DNA of 64,000 nt from Escherichia coli (GCF_041886205.1 NZ_CP169029.1), one strand, 5' to 3'. Counted from the first letter of the stretch, positions 34,523 to 48,990 are shown. Notes: generated by a model from the sequence alone, not told the origin. Numbers and translations are program-made.

Positions 34523-35232
34523 TCAGGGCAGATTTTGCTCCTTCTTTGCACTCAACCCGCCGTAATCATTTATCGCCCGCCAGGCGACATGACACGGTGC
34601 TATTGCCTGACACCAGCTTGTCTGACGCTGGCTTTTAGGTGGCACAACTCCCGCATTACTTAACGCTTTACCATTTACGCTCACCTGAATCAGATTAATG
34701 TAGTAAGGCGTTGGGTTAGTGAGTTGCACACCCTGCGAATTCCGTGTCCAGCGTAATTGTTGATAAGCTTCCAGCGGGTCACCCGGCAAACCTTCGGGTC
34801 GCCAGAACAGTTTAAATACCGAGCGCATCGCCACTTTTACGCTCTGATTTTCGACTTTGCCGGATGGCACGCTGGCAATGCTTAACTCAAATAGCGTTTC
34901 GCGATCCACAGGCAAGATGTTGCTTTCCGTTCTCAGTAAGCGCAACGTGCCTGTAGTACCGGGCTTCAGGAGAATAAGTGGCGGAGCGGCCAGTAATGGT
35001 GCTGGCACTGTCGACGCTTCCCCCCGGCCCAACGCGTTGGGCGATTGATTTTACTGTTAATAAGCCAGGATTCCTGACTGGTATTAGTCAGTAAAATAGA
35101 TATCGATTCGCTGTCTGCCGGAAAGATAAATCGCGTTCCGCCGACCACCACTCCTGCCTGCAATTCACCCGCCACCAGCAGCGATAAAACGGCAAAAATC
35201 AAGAGCGCCAATCTGTTCCACGTATTAGTCAT
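34523..35232 (-). pseudogene. ycbF: Fimbrial periplasmic chaperone YcbF, disrupted by a frameshift in a 6-nt homopolymer (C6 on + strand, 35020..35025)
   Basis: The N-terminal part (MTNTWNRLALLIFAVLSLLVAGELQA..., track ORF 34966..35259) and the C-terminal part (track ORF 34523..35032) are in different frames. Adding one G to the minus-strand G6 run gives a continuous 236-aa PapD-like chaperone. Confidence 0.7.
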
Positions 35233-35740
35233 AATGAAGTACAAATGTCGCGCTGGCATTCACTTTACCCGACTGCACATCGCTATTAACAGGTCGCAAT
35301 TGCGCATAAAAAGTTAATGGCACCTTACCGCTATGTAGGCTGTAGTCTTTACTCGCCTGGTTAAGCGGAATCAACATCTTCGCATCATCCAGAATCGCAA
35401 TTGCCAGCCCGCTGGCTGCATCCGTACCACTTTCAATGGACAGCATTTCGCTCTGCACTCCGTCGGGGGTTCCTGAAAAGGTGACGTCAACCGTGCTGAC
35501 ATCTGTTCCGCAATCCTGCAAATTAATGATGAAAGATTTCTCCGGGCCATAATTCCCATGAGAAAAACGTGTCAGCGAGACATCGCCTAACTGCACATTG
35601 ATTTGCGTGCTATCCTGTGCTAGCACGCATGTATTACGGCGAAACGATCCGCTAATGTTGACCGTACCATCATGGGCAAATAGCTCACAGCCCCCCGTTA
35701 ATCCCAGTAAGCACAGAATCCAGATTATCCTTTTCAACAT
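35225..35740 (-). CDS. ycbV: Fimbrial-like subunit YcbV (171 aa)
   Basis: Track ORF 35225..35788; start taken at MLKRIIWILCLLGLTGG (35740), 5 nt after the ycbU stop. Confidence 0.85.
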   Translation of the reverse strand: MLKRIIWILCLLGLTGGCELFAHDGTVNISGSFRRNTCVLAQDSTQINVQLGDVSLTRFSHGNYGPEKSFIINLQDCGTDVSTVDVTFSGTPDGVQSEMLSIESGTDAASGLAIAILDDAKMLIPLNQASKDYSLHSGKVPLTFYAQLRPVNSDVQSGKVNASATFVLHYD

Positions 35741-35747
35741 CACTCCT

Positions 35748-36290
35748 TCACTGGTAAACCAGATCAAAATAGAGAACCGCCGTCGCATTACCGCCCGTTG
35801 CTCCCGCCTTTGTGGACTTATAACGAAGTTGATATTTGAGTGTGTTATCCCCGGCTTTTAAGGGCGTAAGAGGCTGGACCTGATTGAGCGGGATTTCTTG
35901 CTGAGTTTGCGCATCAAGAATTTGTACGGCAATCCCCGTTGCCATACCACCGCTTCCGCCTGTGTCAGTTAGTTTGAGCAGTGTCGGCGCAAGGGTGTCA
36001 GCCTCGCCGCTAAAAAGGACGTCCGCGCCAGTAATACCAGCGGCACAACCGGTAATATCGATATTCAAATCAGCAGCAGTGCTTACGGTATTCGCGGCCT
36101 GAAAATCACTGATATTAAAATCACCAATATGAATATTTTGTAATGCACTTTTGGTGGCGACATCACAGCCCTGATCGACCACATTACCATAAATATGCAT
36201 ACTCACTTGTTCAGGCCCAGCCATCCCGATATGGATGTTAAGAAGGCTAAAGAACAAAATAACGCACTGATATATCATTTTTTTCTTCAT
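35748..36290 (-). CDS. ycbU: Fimbrial-like subunit YcbU (180 aa)
   Basis: Track ORF MKKKMIYQCVILFFSLLNIHIGMAGPEQV..., signal peptide plus pilin-like C-terminus. Confidence 0.88.
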   Translation of the reverse strand: MKKKMIYQCVILFFSLLNIHIGMAGPEQVSMHIYGNVVDQGCDVATKSALQNIHIGDFNISDFQAANTVSTAADLNIDITGCAAGITGADVLFSGEADTLAPTLLKLTDTGGSGGMATGIAVQILDAQTQQEIPLNQVQPLTPLKAGDNTLKYQLRYKSTKAGATGGNATAVLYFDLVYQ

Positions 36291-36301
36291 ACGTTCACGC
36301 G

Positions 36302-39963
<3,662 letters not shown>

Positions 39964-39987
39964 CTCGCTCTCTTAACTGAAGACGGC

Positions 39988-40689
39988 TTACGATTTACAG
40001 TTGAGTTGCGGCGTTTCCGCCCCGTAGTCATTGATGGTTCGGTACGTCAGGCTGCTGTTTTTGGCACCCTTTGGCAGAGAGAATTGGTATTTATCAAAAG
40101 GGGAAATCATTTGATTTTTAACTACTTTCCCACCAATTTTCAGACCTGTCAGGGTAATGAAATAAGGTGTTGGGTTACTGACCGAAACCATGTCAGCTGA
40201 CGAAGTGCAACGTAGTTTTTCCGGAGCTTCATCTGGAGAATACGGCAAACCTTTTGGTCGCCAGAAAAGTTTAATGACGCTTTGCGTAGCAATCTTCAGG
40301 GTATTGCCCTCTTCCCGCTTCGTTGTTGAAGGGACCGCCCGTACGCTGGTGAAGAAAAGGGTTTCCCTGTCTTTCGCCAACGGCGCGCCAATATACATAA
40401 TGCGTAACAGATTCTCATTTGCTGGATTCAGCACAAATAGCGGCGGTGTAATAATAAAGTCCGCTGACTTTTTATTATCTGGTGTCATCACCCATGACTG
40501 AATAAGATAAGGAACATCCGGACTGGTGTTACGCACACCCAGTGAAATTTGCTCTTCACCTTCCGAATAAACAAGGCGCGTTGCAGCAAGTCCAACCCCA
40601 CCGTTGCCTGCCGCCCATGCGGACGAACAGCTTAGCAATATTGCCGTTAAACTTACGGTCACAATTCCCTTTGTTATGCAAGTTCTCAT
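39988..40689 (-). CDS. elfD: Fimbrial periplasmic chaperone ElfD (YcbR), 233 aa
   Basis: Track ORF MRTCITKGIVTVSLTAILLSCSSAWAAGNGGVGLAATRLVYSEGEEQISLGVRN..., PapD-like chaperone. Confidence 0.9.
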   Translation of the reverse strand: MRTCITKGIVTVSLTAILLSCSSAWAAGNGGVGLAATRLVYSEGEEQISLGVRNTSPDVPYLIQSWVMTPDNKKSADFIITPPLFVLNPANENLLRIMYIGAPLAKDRETLFFTSVRAVPSTTKREEGNTLKIATQSVIKLFWRPKGLPYSPDEAPEKLRCTSSADMVSVSNPTPYFITLTGLKIGGKVVKNQMISPFDKYQFSLPKGAKNSSLTYRTINDYGAETPQLNCKS

Positions 40690-40772
40690 AAAAAATTACT
40701 CTTAGATAAATATAAACATCCCCTCTAATAAGTTTATTAAAGGGGGGATTAATGAATCGTTAAAAAATTTTA

Positions 40773-41315
40773 TCAATAATAGTTAATATGAAAATCTGTT
40801 ACTGCATTGACATTACCTGCTGTCGCTTTACCGGTAGCAATATAATCAACTTTAAAGGTCACTGTTTGCTCAGCAGAATCTGCTAACTGAATATTCGTGG
40901 TTTCAGTTCCAGGAGTCACCGTTGTTGACCCATCTGGCATATACAATTGTAGAGCAACATTCGTCGCTGCATCGGTGGAAGCTTGATTAGCAAATGCTGT
41001 AGGTTGCACACCATCAGCCGTACCACTGAAAGTAAAAGCAGCATTTTTAGTTACAGTAACATCACAATCTTCTAAAGCAATTGGTACATCAGTTTTAACG
41101 CCAGAGACTGCTCCATTACTTTGCAACTTCGTTGCACTGACATTTGGCAGTGTGACTACTGAATCTTTTGTCGCAGCAACTAACGTACAGGCTGGAGCAA
41201 TGACTTTACCATTAAACGTAACGGAGCCGTCCGTGATGGCATTATCATCGGCCGCCATAACGCTGGACGTTACACACACCACAGTGATAAAAGCCGTCAA
41301 TACACTTTTTTTCAT
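40773..41315 (-). CDS. elfA: Major fimbrial subunit ElfA (YcbQ), about 180 aa
   Basis: Track ORF 40773..41324; start taken at MKKSVLTAFITVVCVTSSVMAADD (41315). Confidence 0.88.
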   Translation of the reverse strand: MKKSVLTAFITVVCVTSSVMAADDNAITDGSVTFNGKVIAPACTLVAATKDSVVTLPNVSATKLQSNGAVSGVKTDVPIALEDCDVTVTKNAAFTFSGTADGVQPTAFANQASTDAATNVALQLYMPDGSTTVTPGTETTNIQLADSAEQTVTFKVDYIATGKATAGNVNAVTDFHINYY

Positions 41316-41670
41316 CGTTATCATCCTGATTTGTTCGTAAATATGATAATGTCTTCAAATGACATTGGACTTAATAATAGCAATAATTATCCGCCATTTA
41401 AATGAAGCATACGCAATCCAATAGGTTACAAATCTTTAAATTATTTATTTCATGAATATATATTTATTACCTGAACGAGTAATACATTGATTAAACATGA
41501 ATTGAACAGCAAATAAATAAATCCACGTGATATATATGTCTCAATCCTTAGTTCATTTTTAGAAAAAGATACACAAAATTTATATTTGGCATTTTCTTGT
41601 CTCTCCGACAGACTAACCGAATTGTTATCGATGTTAACAAAATAAGAACAATTGGTTATAAGGAGAGAAT

Positions 41671-42246
41671 ATGCGTGTCATCACCCTAGCGGGTAGTCCT
41701 CGCTTTCCTTCTCGCTCCAGCTCCTTGCTGGAATATGCGCGGGAAAAACTGAATGGCCTGGATGTAGAGGTTTATCACTGGAATCTGCAAAACTTTGCCC
41801 CGGAAGATCTGCTCTATGCCCGTTTCGATAGTCCGGCGCTAAAAACTTTCACCGAACAGCTGCAAGAGGCTGATGGACTGATAGTCGCTACGCCTGTGTA
41901 TAAAGCCGCCTATTCCGGGGCGCTTAAAACCCTGCTCGACCTGCTGCCGGAACGCGCTTTGCAAGGCAAAGTGGTGCTGCCGCTGGCGACGGGCGGCACG
42001 GTGGCTCATCTGCTGGCGGTTGATTACGCACTTAAACCGGTGTTAAGCGCCCTGAAAGCCCAGGAGATCCTGCACGGCGTATTTGCCGATAACTCACAAG
42101 TCATTGATTACCATCACAGACCCCAGTTCACGCCAAATCTGCAAACCCGTCTTGATGCTGCGCTCGACACCTTCTGGCAAGCGCTGCACCGCCGTGATGT
42201 TCAGGTTCCTGACCTTTTTTCTCTGCGAGGTAATGTCCATGCGTAA
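41671..42246 (+). CDS. ssuE: NADPH-dependent FMN reductase SsuE (191 aa)
   Basis: Track ORF MRVITLAGSPRFPSRSSSLLEYAREKLNGL...; AAGGAGAG Shine-Dalgarno 4 nt upstream. Confidence 0.93.
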   Translation: MRVITLAGSPRFPSRSSSLLEYAREKLNGLDVEVYHWNLQNFAPEDLLYARFDSPALKTFTEQLQEADGLIVATPVYKAAYSGALKTLLDLLPERALQGKVVLPLATGGTVAHLLAVDYALKPVLSALKAQEILHGVFADNSQVIDYHHRPQFTPNLQTRLDAALDTFWQALHRRDVQVPDLFSLRGNVHA

Positions 42247-43198
42247 CATCATTAAACTGGCGCTGGCGGGATTACTTAGCGTCTCTACACTCGCGGTTGC
42301 CGCAGAGTCTTCGCCAGAGGCGTTAAGGATTGGCTATCAGAAAAGCAACATCAGTTCAGTACTGGCGAAAAATTACCAAATGCTGGAAAAACGTTATCCG
42401 CAAACAAAAATCTCCTGGGTGGAGTTTCCCGCTGGCCCGCAGATGCTGGAGGCGTTAAACGTTGGCAGTATTGATCTCGGCAGTACCGGGGATATTCCGC
42501 CAATCTTTGCCCAGGCTGCCGGGGCTGATTTGGTATACGTGGGCGTCGAGCCGCCGAAGCCAAAAGCCGAAGTGATTCTGGTAGCAGAAAACAGCCCGAT
42601 CAAAACCGTAGCCGATCTTAAAGGCCACAAAGTTGCCTTTCAGAAAGGTTCCAGTTCACACAACCTTTTACTGCGTGCACTGCGTCAGGCCGGACTTAAG
42701 TTTACCGATATACAACCCACTTACCTGACACCCGCTGATGCCCGCGCCGCGTTCCAGCAAGGTAACGTTGACGCCTGGGCTATCTGGGATCCCTACTACT
42801 CCGCTGCATTATTACAGGGCGGCGTGCGGGTGTTGAAAGACGGCACCGATCTCAATCAAACCGGATCGTTTTATCTGGCAACTCGCCCCTATGCAGAAAA
42901 AAACGGCGCTTTTATTCAGGGCGTACTGGCAACCTTTAGTGAGGCCGATGCGTTAACCCGCAGCCAGCGCGAGCAAAGCATCGCTTTACTGGCAAAAACG
43001 ATGGGCTTACCGGCACCGGTGATTGCCTCTTACTTAGATCATCGCCCTCCTACCACCATCAAACCGGTTAACGCCGAGGTTGCCGCCTTACAGCAGCAAA
43101 CGGCAGATCTGTTTTATGAAAACCGACTGGTGCCGAAAAAAGTCGATATCCGCCAGCGCATCTGGCAGCCCACTCAACTGGAAGGAAAACAATCATGA
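42239..43198 (+). CDS. ssuA: Aliphatic sulfonate periplasmic binding protein SsuA (319 aa)
   Basis: Track ORF 42083..43198; the known product starts at [25 protein letters not shown] (ATG at 42239), overlapping the ssuE stop by 8 nt. Confidence 0.92.
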   Translation: MRNIIKLALAGLLSVSTLAVAAESSPEALRIGYQKSNISSVLAKNYQMLEKRYPQTKISWVEFPAGPQMLEALNVGSIDLGSTGDIPPIFAQAAGADLVYVGVEPPKPKAEVILVAENSPIKTVADLKGHKVAFQKGSSSHNLLLRALRQAGLKFTDIQPTYLTPADARAAFQQGNVDAWAIWDPYYSAALLQGGVRVLKDGTDLNQTGSFYLATRPYAEKNGAFIQGVLATFSEADALTRSQREQSIALLAKTMGLPAPVIASYLDHRPPTTIKPVNAEVAALQQQTADLFYENRLVPKKVDIRQRIWQPTQLEGKQS

Positions 43199-44340
43199 GT
43201 CTGAATATGTTCTGGTTTTTACCGACCCACGGTGACGGACATTATCTGGGAACGGAAGAAGGTTCACGCCCGGTTGATCACGGTTATCTGCAACAAATTG
43301 CGCAAGCGGCGGATCGTCTGGGCTATACCGGTGTGCTGATCCCAACGGGGCGATCGTGTGAAGATGCGTGGTTGGTTGCCGCATCGATGATCCCGGTGAC
43401 GCAGCGGCTGAAGTTTCTTGTCGCCCTGCGCCCCAGCGTAACCTCACCTACCGTTGCCGCTCGCCAGGCCGCCACGCTTGACCGTCTCTCGAATGGTCGT
43501 GCGTTGTTTAATCTGGTCACAGGCAGCGATCCACAAGAGCTGGCAGGCGACGGCGTATTCCTTGATCATAGCGAGCGCTACGAAGCCTCGGCGGAATTTA
43601 CCCAGGTCTGGCGACGTTTATTGCAGGGAGAAACCGTCGATTTCAACGGTAAACATATTCATGTGCGCGGAGCAAAACTGCTCTTCCCGGCGATTCAACA
43701 GCCGTATCCGCCACTTTACTTTGGCGGATCGTCAGATGTCGCCCAGGAGTTGGCGGCAGAACAGGTTGATCTCTACCTCACCTGGGGCGAACCTCCGGAA
43801 CTGGTTAAAGAGAAAATCGAACAAGTGCGGGCAAAAGCTGCCGCGCATGGACGCAAAATTCGTTTCGGTATTCGTCTGCATGTGATTGTTCGTGAAACTA
43901 ACGACGAAGCGTGGCTGGCCGCCGAGCGGTTAATCTCGCATCTTGATGATGAAACTATCGCCAAAGCACAGGCCGCATTCGCCCGGACGGATTCCGTAGG
44001 ACAACAGCGGATGGCGGCGTTACATAACGGCAAGCGCGACAATCTGGAGATCAGCCCCAATTTATGGGCGGGCGTTGGCTTAGTGCGCGGCGGTGCCGGG
44101 ACGGCGCTGGTGGGCGATGGTCCTACGATCGCCTCGCGAATCAACGAATACGCTGCACTTGGCATCGACAGTTTTGTGCTTTCGGGCTATCCGCATCTGG
44201 AAGAAGCGTATCGGGTCGGCGAGTTGCTGTTCCCACATCTGGATGTCGCCATTCCGGAAATTCCCCAGCCGCAGCCGCTGAATCCGCAAGGCGAAGCGGT
44301 GGCGAATGATTTTATCCCCCGTAAAGTCGCGCAAAGCTAA
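43195..44340 (+). CDS. ssuD: FMNH2-dependent alkanesulfonate monooxygenase SsuD (381 aa)
   Basis: Track [47 protein letters not shown]... matches SsuD. Confidence 0.95.
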   Translation: MSLNMFWFLPTHGDGHYLGTEEGSRPVDHGYLQQIAQAADRLGYTGVLIPTGRSCEDAWLVAASMIPVTQRLKFLVALRPSVTSPTVAARQAATLDRLSNGRALFNLVTGSDPQELAGDGVFLDHSERYEASAEFTQVWRRLLQGETVDFNGKHIHVRGAKLLFPAIQQPYPPLYFGGSSDVAQELAAEQVDLYLTWGEPPELVKEKIEQVRAKAAAHGRKIRFGIRLHVIVRETNDEAWLAAERLISHLDDETIAKAQAAFARTDSVGQQRMAALHNGKRDNLEISPNLWAGVGLVRGGAGTALVGDGPTIASRINEYAALGIDSFVLSGYPHLEEAYRVGELLFPHLDVAIPEIPQPQPLNPQGEAVANDFIPRKVAQS

Positions 44341-44348
44341 GGAACACG

Positions 44349-45143
44349 ATGATGCCAACGCCAGTGAAGAAGTGGTTATTGCGCGTTGCCCCCTGGTTTT
44401 TACCGGTGAGCATCGTAGTGGTGTGGCAACTGGCCTCCTCGGTTGGCTGGCTGTCGACGCGTATTTTGCCTTCACCGGAAGGAGTGGTGACGGCGTTCTG
44501 GACGCTCTCCGCCAGCGGTGAACTGTGGCAGCATCTGGCGATCAGTTCCTGGCGGGCGCTGATTGGCTTTTCAATTGGCGGATCGCTGGGCTTGATTCTG
44601 GGACTGATTAGCGGGCTGTCACGCTGGGGAGAACGGCTGCTGGATACCTCAATTCAGATGTTGCGCAACGTACCGCATCTGGCGCTGATCCCGCTGGTGA
44701 TTTTGTGGTTTGGCATTGATGAATCCGCAAAAATCTTTCTGGTGGCGCTCGGCACGCTATTCCCCATTTATATCAACACCTGGCATGGCATCCGTAATAT
44801 CGATCGCGGGCTGGTGGAGATGGCGCGTAGCTATGGGTTATCCGGCATACCGCTGTTTATCCATGTGATCCTGCCTGGTGCCCTGCCCTCAATTATGGTC
44901 GGCGTGCGTTTTGCGTTGGGCCTGATGTGGCTGACGCTGATTGTTGCCGAAACCATTTCTGCCAATTCAGGCATTGGTTATCTGGCGATGAATGCGCGGG
45001 AGTTTTTGCAAACGGACGTGGTGGTGGTCGCCATTATTCTTTACGCCCTGCTCGGCAAACTTGCTGACGTCAGCGCGCAGCTGTTAGAGCGCCTCTGGTT
45101 GCGCTGGAACCCGGCTTATCATTTGAAGGAGGCCACGGTATGA
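44349..45143 (+). CDS. ssuC: Aliphatic sulfonate ABC transporter permease SsuC (about 263 aa)
   Basis: Track [30 protein letters not shown]...; AAGGAA Shine-Dalgarno 5 nt upstream. Confidence 0.92.
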   Translation: MMPTPVKKWLLRVAPWFLPVSIVVVWQLASSVGWLSTRILPSPEGVVTAFWTLSASGELWQHLAISSWRALIGFSIGGSLGLILGLISGLSRWGERLLDTSIQMLRNVPHLALIPLVILWFGIDESAKIFLVALGTLFPIYINTWHGIRNIDRGLVEMARSYGLSGIPLFIHVILPGALPSIMVGVRFALGLMWLTLIVAETISANSGIGYLAMNAREFLQTDVVVVAIILYALLGKLADVSAQLLERLWLRWNPAYHLKEATV

Positions 45144-45907
45144 ATACTGCTCGTCTGAACCAGGGCACACCATTGTTGCTCAATGCAGTAAGCAAACATT
45201 ACGCGGAAAATATCGTCCTGAACCAACTGGATTTACATATTCCGGCAGGTCAGTTTGTGGCGGTGGTGGGCCGCAGCGGTGGTGGCAAAAGTACCCTGCT
45301 GCGCCTGCTGGCAGGTCTGGAAACGCCAACCGCAGGCGATGTGTTAGCGGGCACCACACCGCTGGCTGAAATTCAGGAAGACACGCGAATGATGTTTCAG
45401 GATGCGCGTCTGCTACCGTGGAAATCGGTGATTGATAACGTTGGGTTAGGCCTTAAAGGCCAGTGGCGCGATGCAGCGCGTCGGGCGTTGGCTGCGGTAG
45501 GACTGGAGAATCGCGCAGGGGAATGGCCTGCCGCACTTTCAGGCGGGCAGAAACAGCGTGTGGCGCTGGCAAGAGCGTTGATTCATCGACCGGGTTTATT
45601 GTTGCTTGATGAACCGCTCGGGGCACTGGACGCCTTAACGCGACTCGAGATGCAGGATTTGATTGTGTCACTTTGGCAGGAGCACGGCTTTACCGTACTG
45701 TTGGTGACGCATGATGTGAGCGAAGCGGTAGCAATGGCTGACCGGGTGTTGTTAATTGAAGAGGGAAAAATTGGTCTGGATTTGACGGTGGATATCCCCC
45801 GTCCGCGCCGGTTAGGGTCGGTGCGATTAGCGGAGCTGGAAGCGGAAGTGTTGCAACGGGTGATGCAGCGTGGGCACTCTGAACAACCGATTCGGCGTCA
45901 TGGTTAA
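45140..45907 (+). CDS. ssuB: Aliphatic sulfonate ABC transporter ATPase SsuB (255 aa)
   Basis: Track [32 protein letters not shown]... with Walker [10 protein letters not shown] and ABC signature LSGGQKQR. Confidence 0.95.
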   Translation: MNTARLNQGTPLLLNAVSKHYAENIVLNQLDLHIPAGQFVAVVGRSGGGKSTLLRLLAGLETPTAGDVLAGTTPLAEIQEDTRMMFQDARLLPWKSVIDNVGLGLKGQWRDAARRALAAVGLENRAGEWPAALSGGQKQRVALARALIHRPGLLLLDEPLGALDALTRLEMQDLIVSLWQEHGFTVLLVTHDVSEAVAMADRVLLIEEGKIGLDLTVDIPRPRRLGSVRLAELEAEVLQRVMQRGHSEQPIRRHG

Positions 45908-45909
45908 TA

Positions 45910-46100
45910 TGCCGGATGTGCCGCACAAAACCAGCAGTTTCAACGGATTGTAGGCCTGATAAGACGCGTCAAGCGTCGCATCAGGCATTTGGGCACGGCT
46001 GCCGGATGCGGCGTGAACGCCTTATCCAGCCTACAAAACCAGCATTTTCAACGGACTTGTAGGCCTGATAAGACGCGTCAAGCGTCGCATCCGGCATTTT
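45910..46100. repeat. REP/BIME cluster: two ~66-nt direct repeats (45927..45992 and 46035..46100) with an inverted REP-like copy between them
   Basis: Repeated motif TGTAGGCCTGATAAGACGCGTCAAGCGTCGCATC(A/C)GGCA and inverted GCCGGATGCGGCGTGAACGCCTTATCCAGCCTACA, the canonical E. coli REP palindrome family, between convergent ssuB and pepN. Confidence 0.9.
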
Positions 46101-46112
46101 GGCTCAAAAGTA

Positions 46113-48725
46113 TCAAGCCAGTGCTTTAGTTATCTTCTCGTACAGATCGCCAGAGAGATTTTCCAGCCCTTTCAACTGCTCCAGCGCCGCGCGCATTTTC
46201 TCCTGACGTTTGGCATCGTAACGTTTCAGGCGAATCAGCGGTTCAATCAGACGTGAAGCCACCTGCGGGTTACGGCTGTTGAGGTCGGTAAGCATTTCCA
46301 CCAGGAACTGGTAACCACTGCCATCGTCGGCATGGAACGCTGCCGGGTTGCTGCCCGCAAACGCGCCAATCAACGAACGAATACGGTTCGGGTTGCTCAT
46401 GGTAAATGAGCGATGCTGCAACAGACCACGTACCGTCTCCAGCACATTCGCCGCCGGGCTGGTGGCTTGCAGGATAAACCATTTATCCATCACCAGACCA
46501 TCCTGATGCCACTTGTCGTCGTACTCCTGCATCAGCGCGTCACGGCATGGCAGCTGTGCGGCAACCGCCGCAGAAAGCGCCGCCAGCGCATCGGTCATAT
46601 TGTTCGCTTCATGGAACTGCTTGCTCACCAGCACATCAGCCAGATGCGTTTCACCAAAAGCAAGGAAGCGCAGACAGGCATTACGCAGAGTGCGTTTTGC
46701 AATATCTTCATGCTCAACGCGGTACTCGCTCTGGTAATTCGCGTTGTAAATAGCCAGCAGCTCATCCGCCAGTTCAGTCGCCAGAGTACGAGTGAGTGCT
46801 TCGCGTACTTCGGCAATAGCAATCGGGTCGATGATATCGAACAGTTCAGCCATTTCATTGACGGATGGCAGAGTCAGAATTTCTGCCGCCAGTGCCGGGT
46901 CAATCTTCTCATCGAGCAGCACCGCGCGGAAGGCGTCGGCCACATGCACCGGCAGAGACAGCGGCTGCCCTTGCTGATGACGGGCGACGTTCAGCTTGAT
47001 GTAGGTTGCCAGCAAACTTTGCGCCGCATCCCAACGGGAGAAATCATTACGCGCATGACGCATCAGGAAGGTCAGTTGCTGATCGCTCCACTTATATTCC
47101 AGTTTCACTGGCGCAGAGAATTCGCACAGCAGCGCAGGCACCGGCTGGAAGTAGACATTATCAAAGACAAAGGTCTGTTCCGCCTGAGTGACGTTCAGCA
47201 CGGAATTCACCGGATGACCGCCTTTCTGCAACGGGATCACTTTGCCTTCGTTATCATACAGTTCGATGGCAAACGGAATATGCAGCGGCTGTTTTTCTGC
47301 CTGATCCGGCGTGGCTGGCGTGCGCTGGCTGATGGTCAGGGTGTACTGCTCGGTTTCCGGATTGTAGTCGTCTTTGACGGTCACAATCGGTGTACCGGAC
47401 TGGCTGTACCAACGGCGGAAATGGGAGAGATCGACATTCGACGCATCTTCCATCGCCTGCACAAAGTCGTCACAGGTCGCTGCACTACCATCATGACGCT
47501 CGAAATAAAGCTGCATCCCTTTCTGGAAGTTTTCTTCGCCCAATAGGGTATGGATCATGCGAATCACTTCCGCGCCCTTCTCGTAAACGGTCAGGGTGTA
47601 GAAGTTGTTCATCTCAATGACCATATCCGGGCGGATCGGGTGCGCCATCGGGCTGGCGTCTTCTGCAAACTGCAATCCGCGCATGGTGCGCACATTATTG
47701 ATGCGGTTAACTGCGCGGGAACCAAGGTCAGAGCTGAACTCCTGATCGCGGAAGACGGTTAAACCTTCTTTCAGGCTGAGCTGGAACCAGTCGCGGCAGG
47801 TCACTCGGTTACCGGTCCAGTTATGGAAATATTCATGGCCGATAACGCGTTCAATATCGAGGTAATCTTTATCGGTGGCGGTGTCGGTGCGGGCCAGCAC
47901 ATATTTGGAGTTAAAGATATTCAGACCTTTATTCTCCATTGCGCCCATATTAAAGAAGTCCACCGCGACGATCATATAGATGTCGAGGTCATACTCCAGG
48001 CCGAAGCGTTCTTCATCCCATTTCATGGAGTTTTTCAGCGAGGTCATCGCCCACGGCGCGCGGTCGAGGTTGCCGCGATCGACGTACAACTCCAGCGCCA
48101 CTTCGCGACCAGAACGCGTGGTGAAGGTGTCGCGCAGCACGTCGAAGTCGCCTGCAACCAGCGCAAACAGGTAGCACGGTTTAGGGAACGGATCCTGCCA
48201 CTGTACCCAATGGCGTCCGTTTTCCAGTTCGCCTTGCGCAACGCGGTTACCGTTGGAAAGCAGGAAGGGATATTTGGTTTTATCGGCTATAATTTTGGTG
48301 GTAAAACGCGCCAGCACGTCCGGGCGGTCGAGATAATACGTAATGTGGCGGAAACCTTCGGCTTCACACTGGGTGCAAAGCGCATCGCCTGACTGATAAA
48401 GCCCTTCCAGCGCAGTATTCGCCGCCGGGCTAATTTCATTAACGATCTTAAGCGTAAAACGCTCCGGCAAATTACTGATGACCAGTGCGCCCTCTTCTTC
48501 TTTCCAGGCGGTCCACGGCTCATCATTAATATGAACAGAAACCAGTTTAAGATCTTCGCCATCAAGACGAAGCGGAGTATCTGATGCACCATGACGGGCA
48601 GCCTGGCTGACCGCGGTAACGACCGTCTTTTGCGCGTCCAGGTCAAAGGTCAAGTCAATATCAGTAATCTGGTAATCCGGCGCACGATAATCGTGACGGT
48701 ATTTGGCTTGTGGCTGTTGAGTCAT
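46113..48725 (-). CDS. pepN: Aminopeptidase N (870 aa)
   Basis: Track ORF MTQQPQAKYRHDYRAPDYQITDIDLTFDLDAQKT... with the HEYFHNWTGNRVT zinc-binding motif. Confidence 0.96.
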   Translation of the reverse strand: MTQQPQAKYRHDYRAPDYQITDIDLTFDLDAQKTVVTAVSQAARHGASDTPLRLDGEDLKLVSVHINDEPWTAWKEEEGALVISNLPERFTLKIVNEISPAANTALEGLYQSGDALCTQCEAEGFRHITYYLDRPDVLARFTTKIIADKTKYPFLLSNGNRVAQGELENGRHWVQWQDPFPKPCYLFALVAGDFDVLRDTFTTRSGREVALELYVDRGNLDRAPWAMTSLKNSMKWDEERFGLEYDLDIYMIVAVDFFNMGAMENKGLNIFNSKYVLARTDTATDKDYLDIERVIGHEYFHNWTGNRVTCRDWFQLSLKEGLTVFRDQEFSSDLGSRAVNRINNVRTMRGLQFAEDASPMAHPIRPDMVIEMNNFYTLTVYEKGAEVIRMIHTLLGEENFQKGMQLYFERHDGSAATCDDFVQAMEDASNVDLSHFRRWYSQSGTPIVTVKDDYNPETEQYTLTISQRTPATPDQAEKQPLHIPFAIELYDNEGKVIPLQKGGHPVNSVLNVTQAEQTFVFDNVYFQPVPALLCEFSAPVKLEYKWSDQQLTFLMRHARNDFSRWDAAQSLLATYIKLNVARHQQGQPLSLPVHVADAFRAVLLDEKIDPALAAEILTLPSVNEMAELFDIIDPIAIAEVREALTRTLATELADELLAIYNANYQSEYRVEHEDIAKRTLRNACLRFLAFGETHLADVLVSKQFHEANNMTDALAALSAAVAAQLPCRDALMQEYDDKWHQDGLVMDKWFILQATSPAANVLETVRGLLQHRSFTMSNPNRIRSLIGAFAGSNPAAFHADDGSGYQFLVEMLTDLNSRNPQVASRLIEPLIRLKRYDAKRQEKMRAALEQLKGLENLSGDLYEKITKALA

Positions 48726-48943
48726 AAATAACCTTTAGCATCTTTTATAGAGTCTGGTGTTCAGTCTATTCCTGTTGCGTAAATCGCGCTATGCAGAATC
48801 TTCATCTTTTCAGGTACAAACGCCCTTATTGCTACATTTTTATAACATACACCGCGTAGTGCCATCGACCAGAAAGGTGGCATATGGTGTGATCGGGGTT
48901 CAATAAATTGCGAAACAAGGTATACTCCAGCAGTTCCTGAAGA

Positions 48944-48960
48944 TGTTTATTGTACTAAAC
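48944..48960. promoter_or_regulatory. Putative NadR operator upstream of pncB (TGTTTA-N6-TAAAC)
   Basis: Inverted half-sites TGTTTA and TAAAC separated by 6 nt, about 30-45 nt upstream of the pncB ATG; pncB is NadR-regulated in enterobacteria. Confidence 0.5.
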
Positions 48961-48990
48961 GCTCCTGTACGAGGACGCTACTGCGCACCT

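Noticed and set aside
34966-35259. Treating ORFs 34966..35259 and 34523..35032 as two separate small genes
   Set aside because: Together they form one PapD-like chaperone (ycbF) once a single-base frameshift in the homopolymer at 35020..35025 is corrected, so I called one disrupted gene.
45910-46100. Possible CRISPR array suggested by the repeated ~66-nt units
   Set aside because: Only two direct copies plus an inverted REP; the sequence matches the REP/BIME palindrome family; no regular repeat-spacer periodicity and no cas genes in the window.
46413-47546. 377-aa ORF on the + strand inside pepN; similar long antisense ORFs at 61996..62823 and 58438..59172 (mukB), 6067..6930 (hyaA), 52406..53194 (ompF), 29672..30283 (rlmL) and 25319..25990 (pqiB)
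   Set aside because: Each lies entirely antisense within a well-supported gene. Long stop-free antisense frames are a common by-product of codon usage in coding DNA, and the translations are low-complexity, Arg/His/Gln-rich, with no recognisable protein features.
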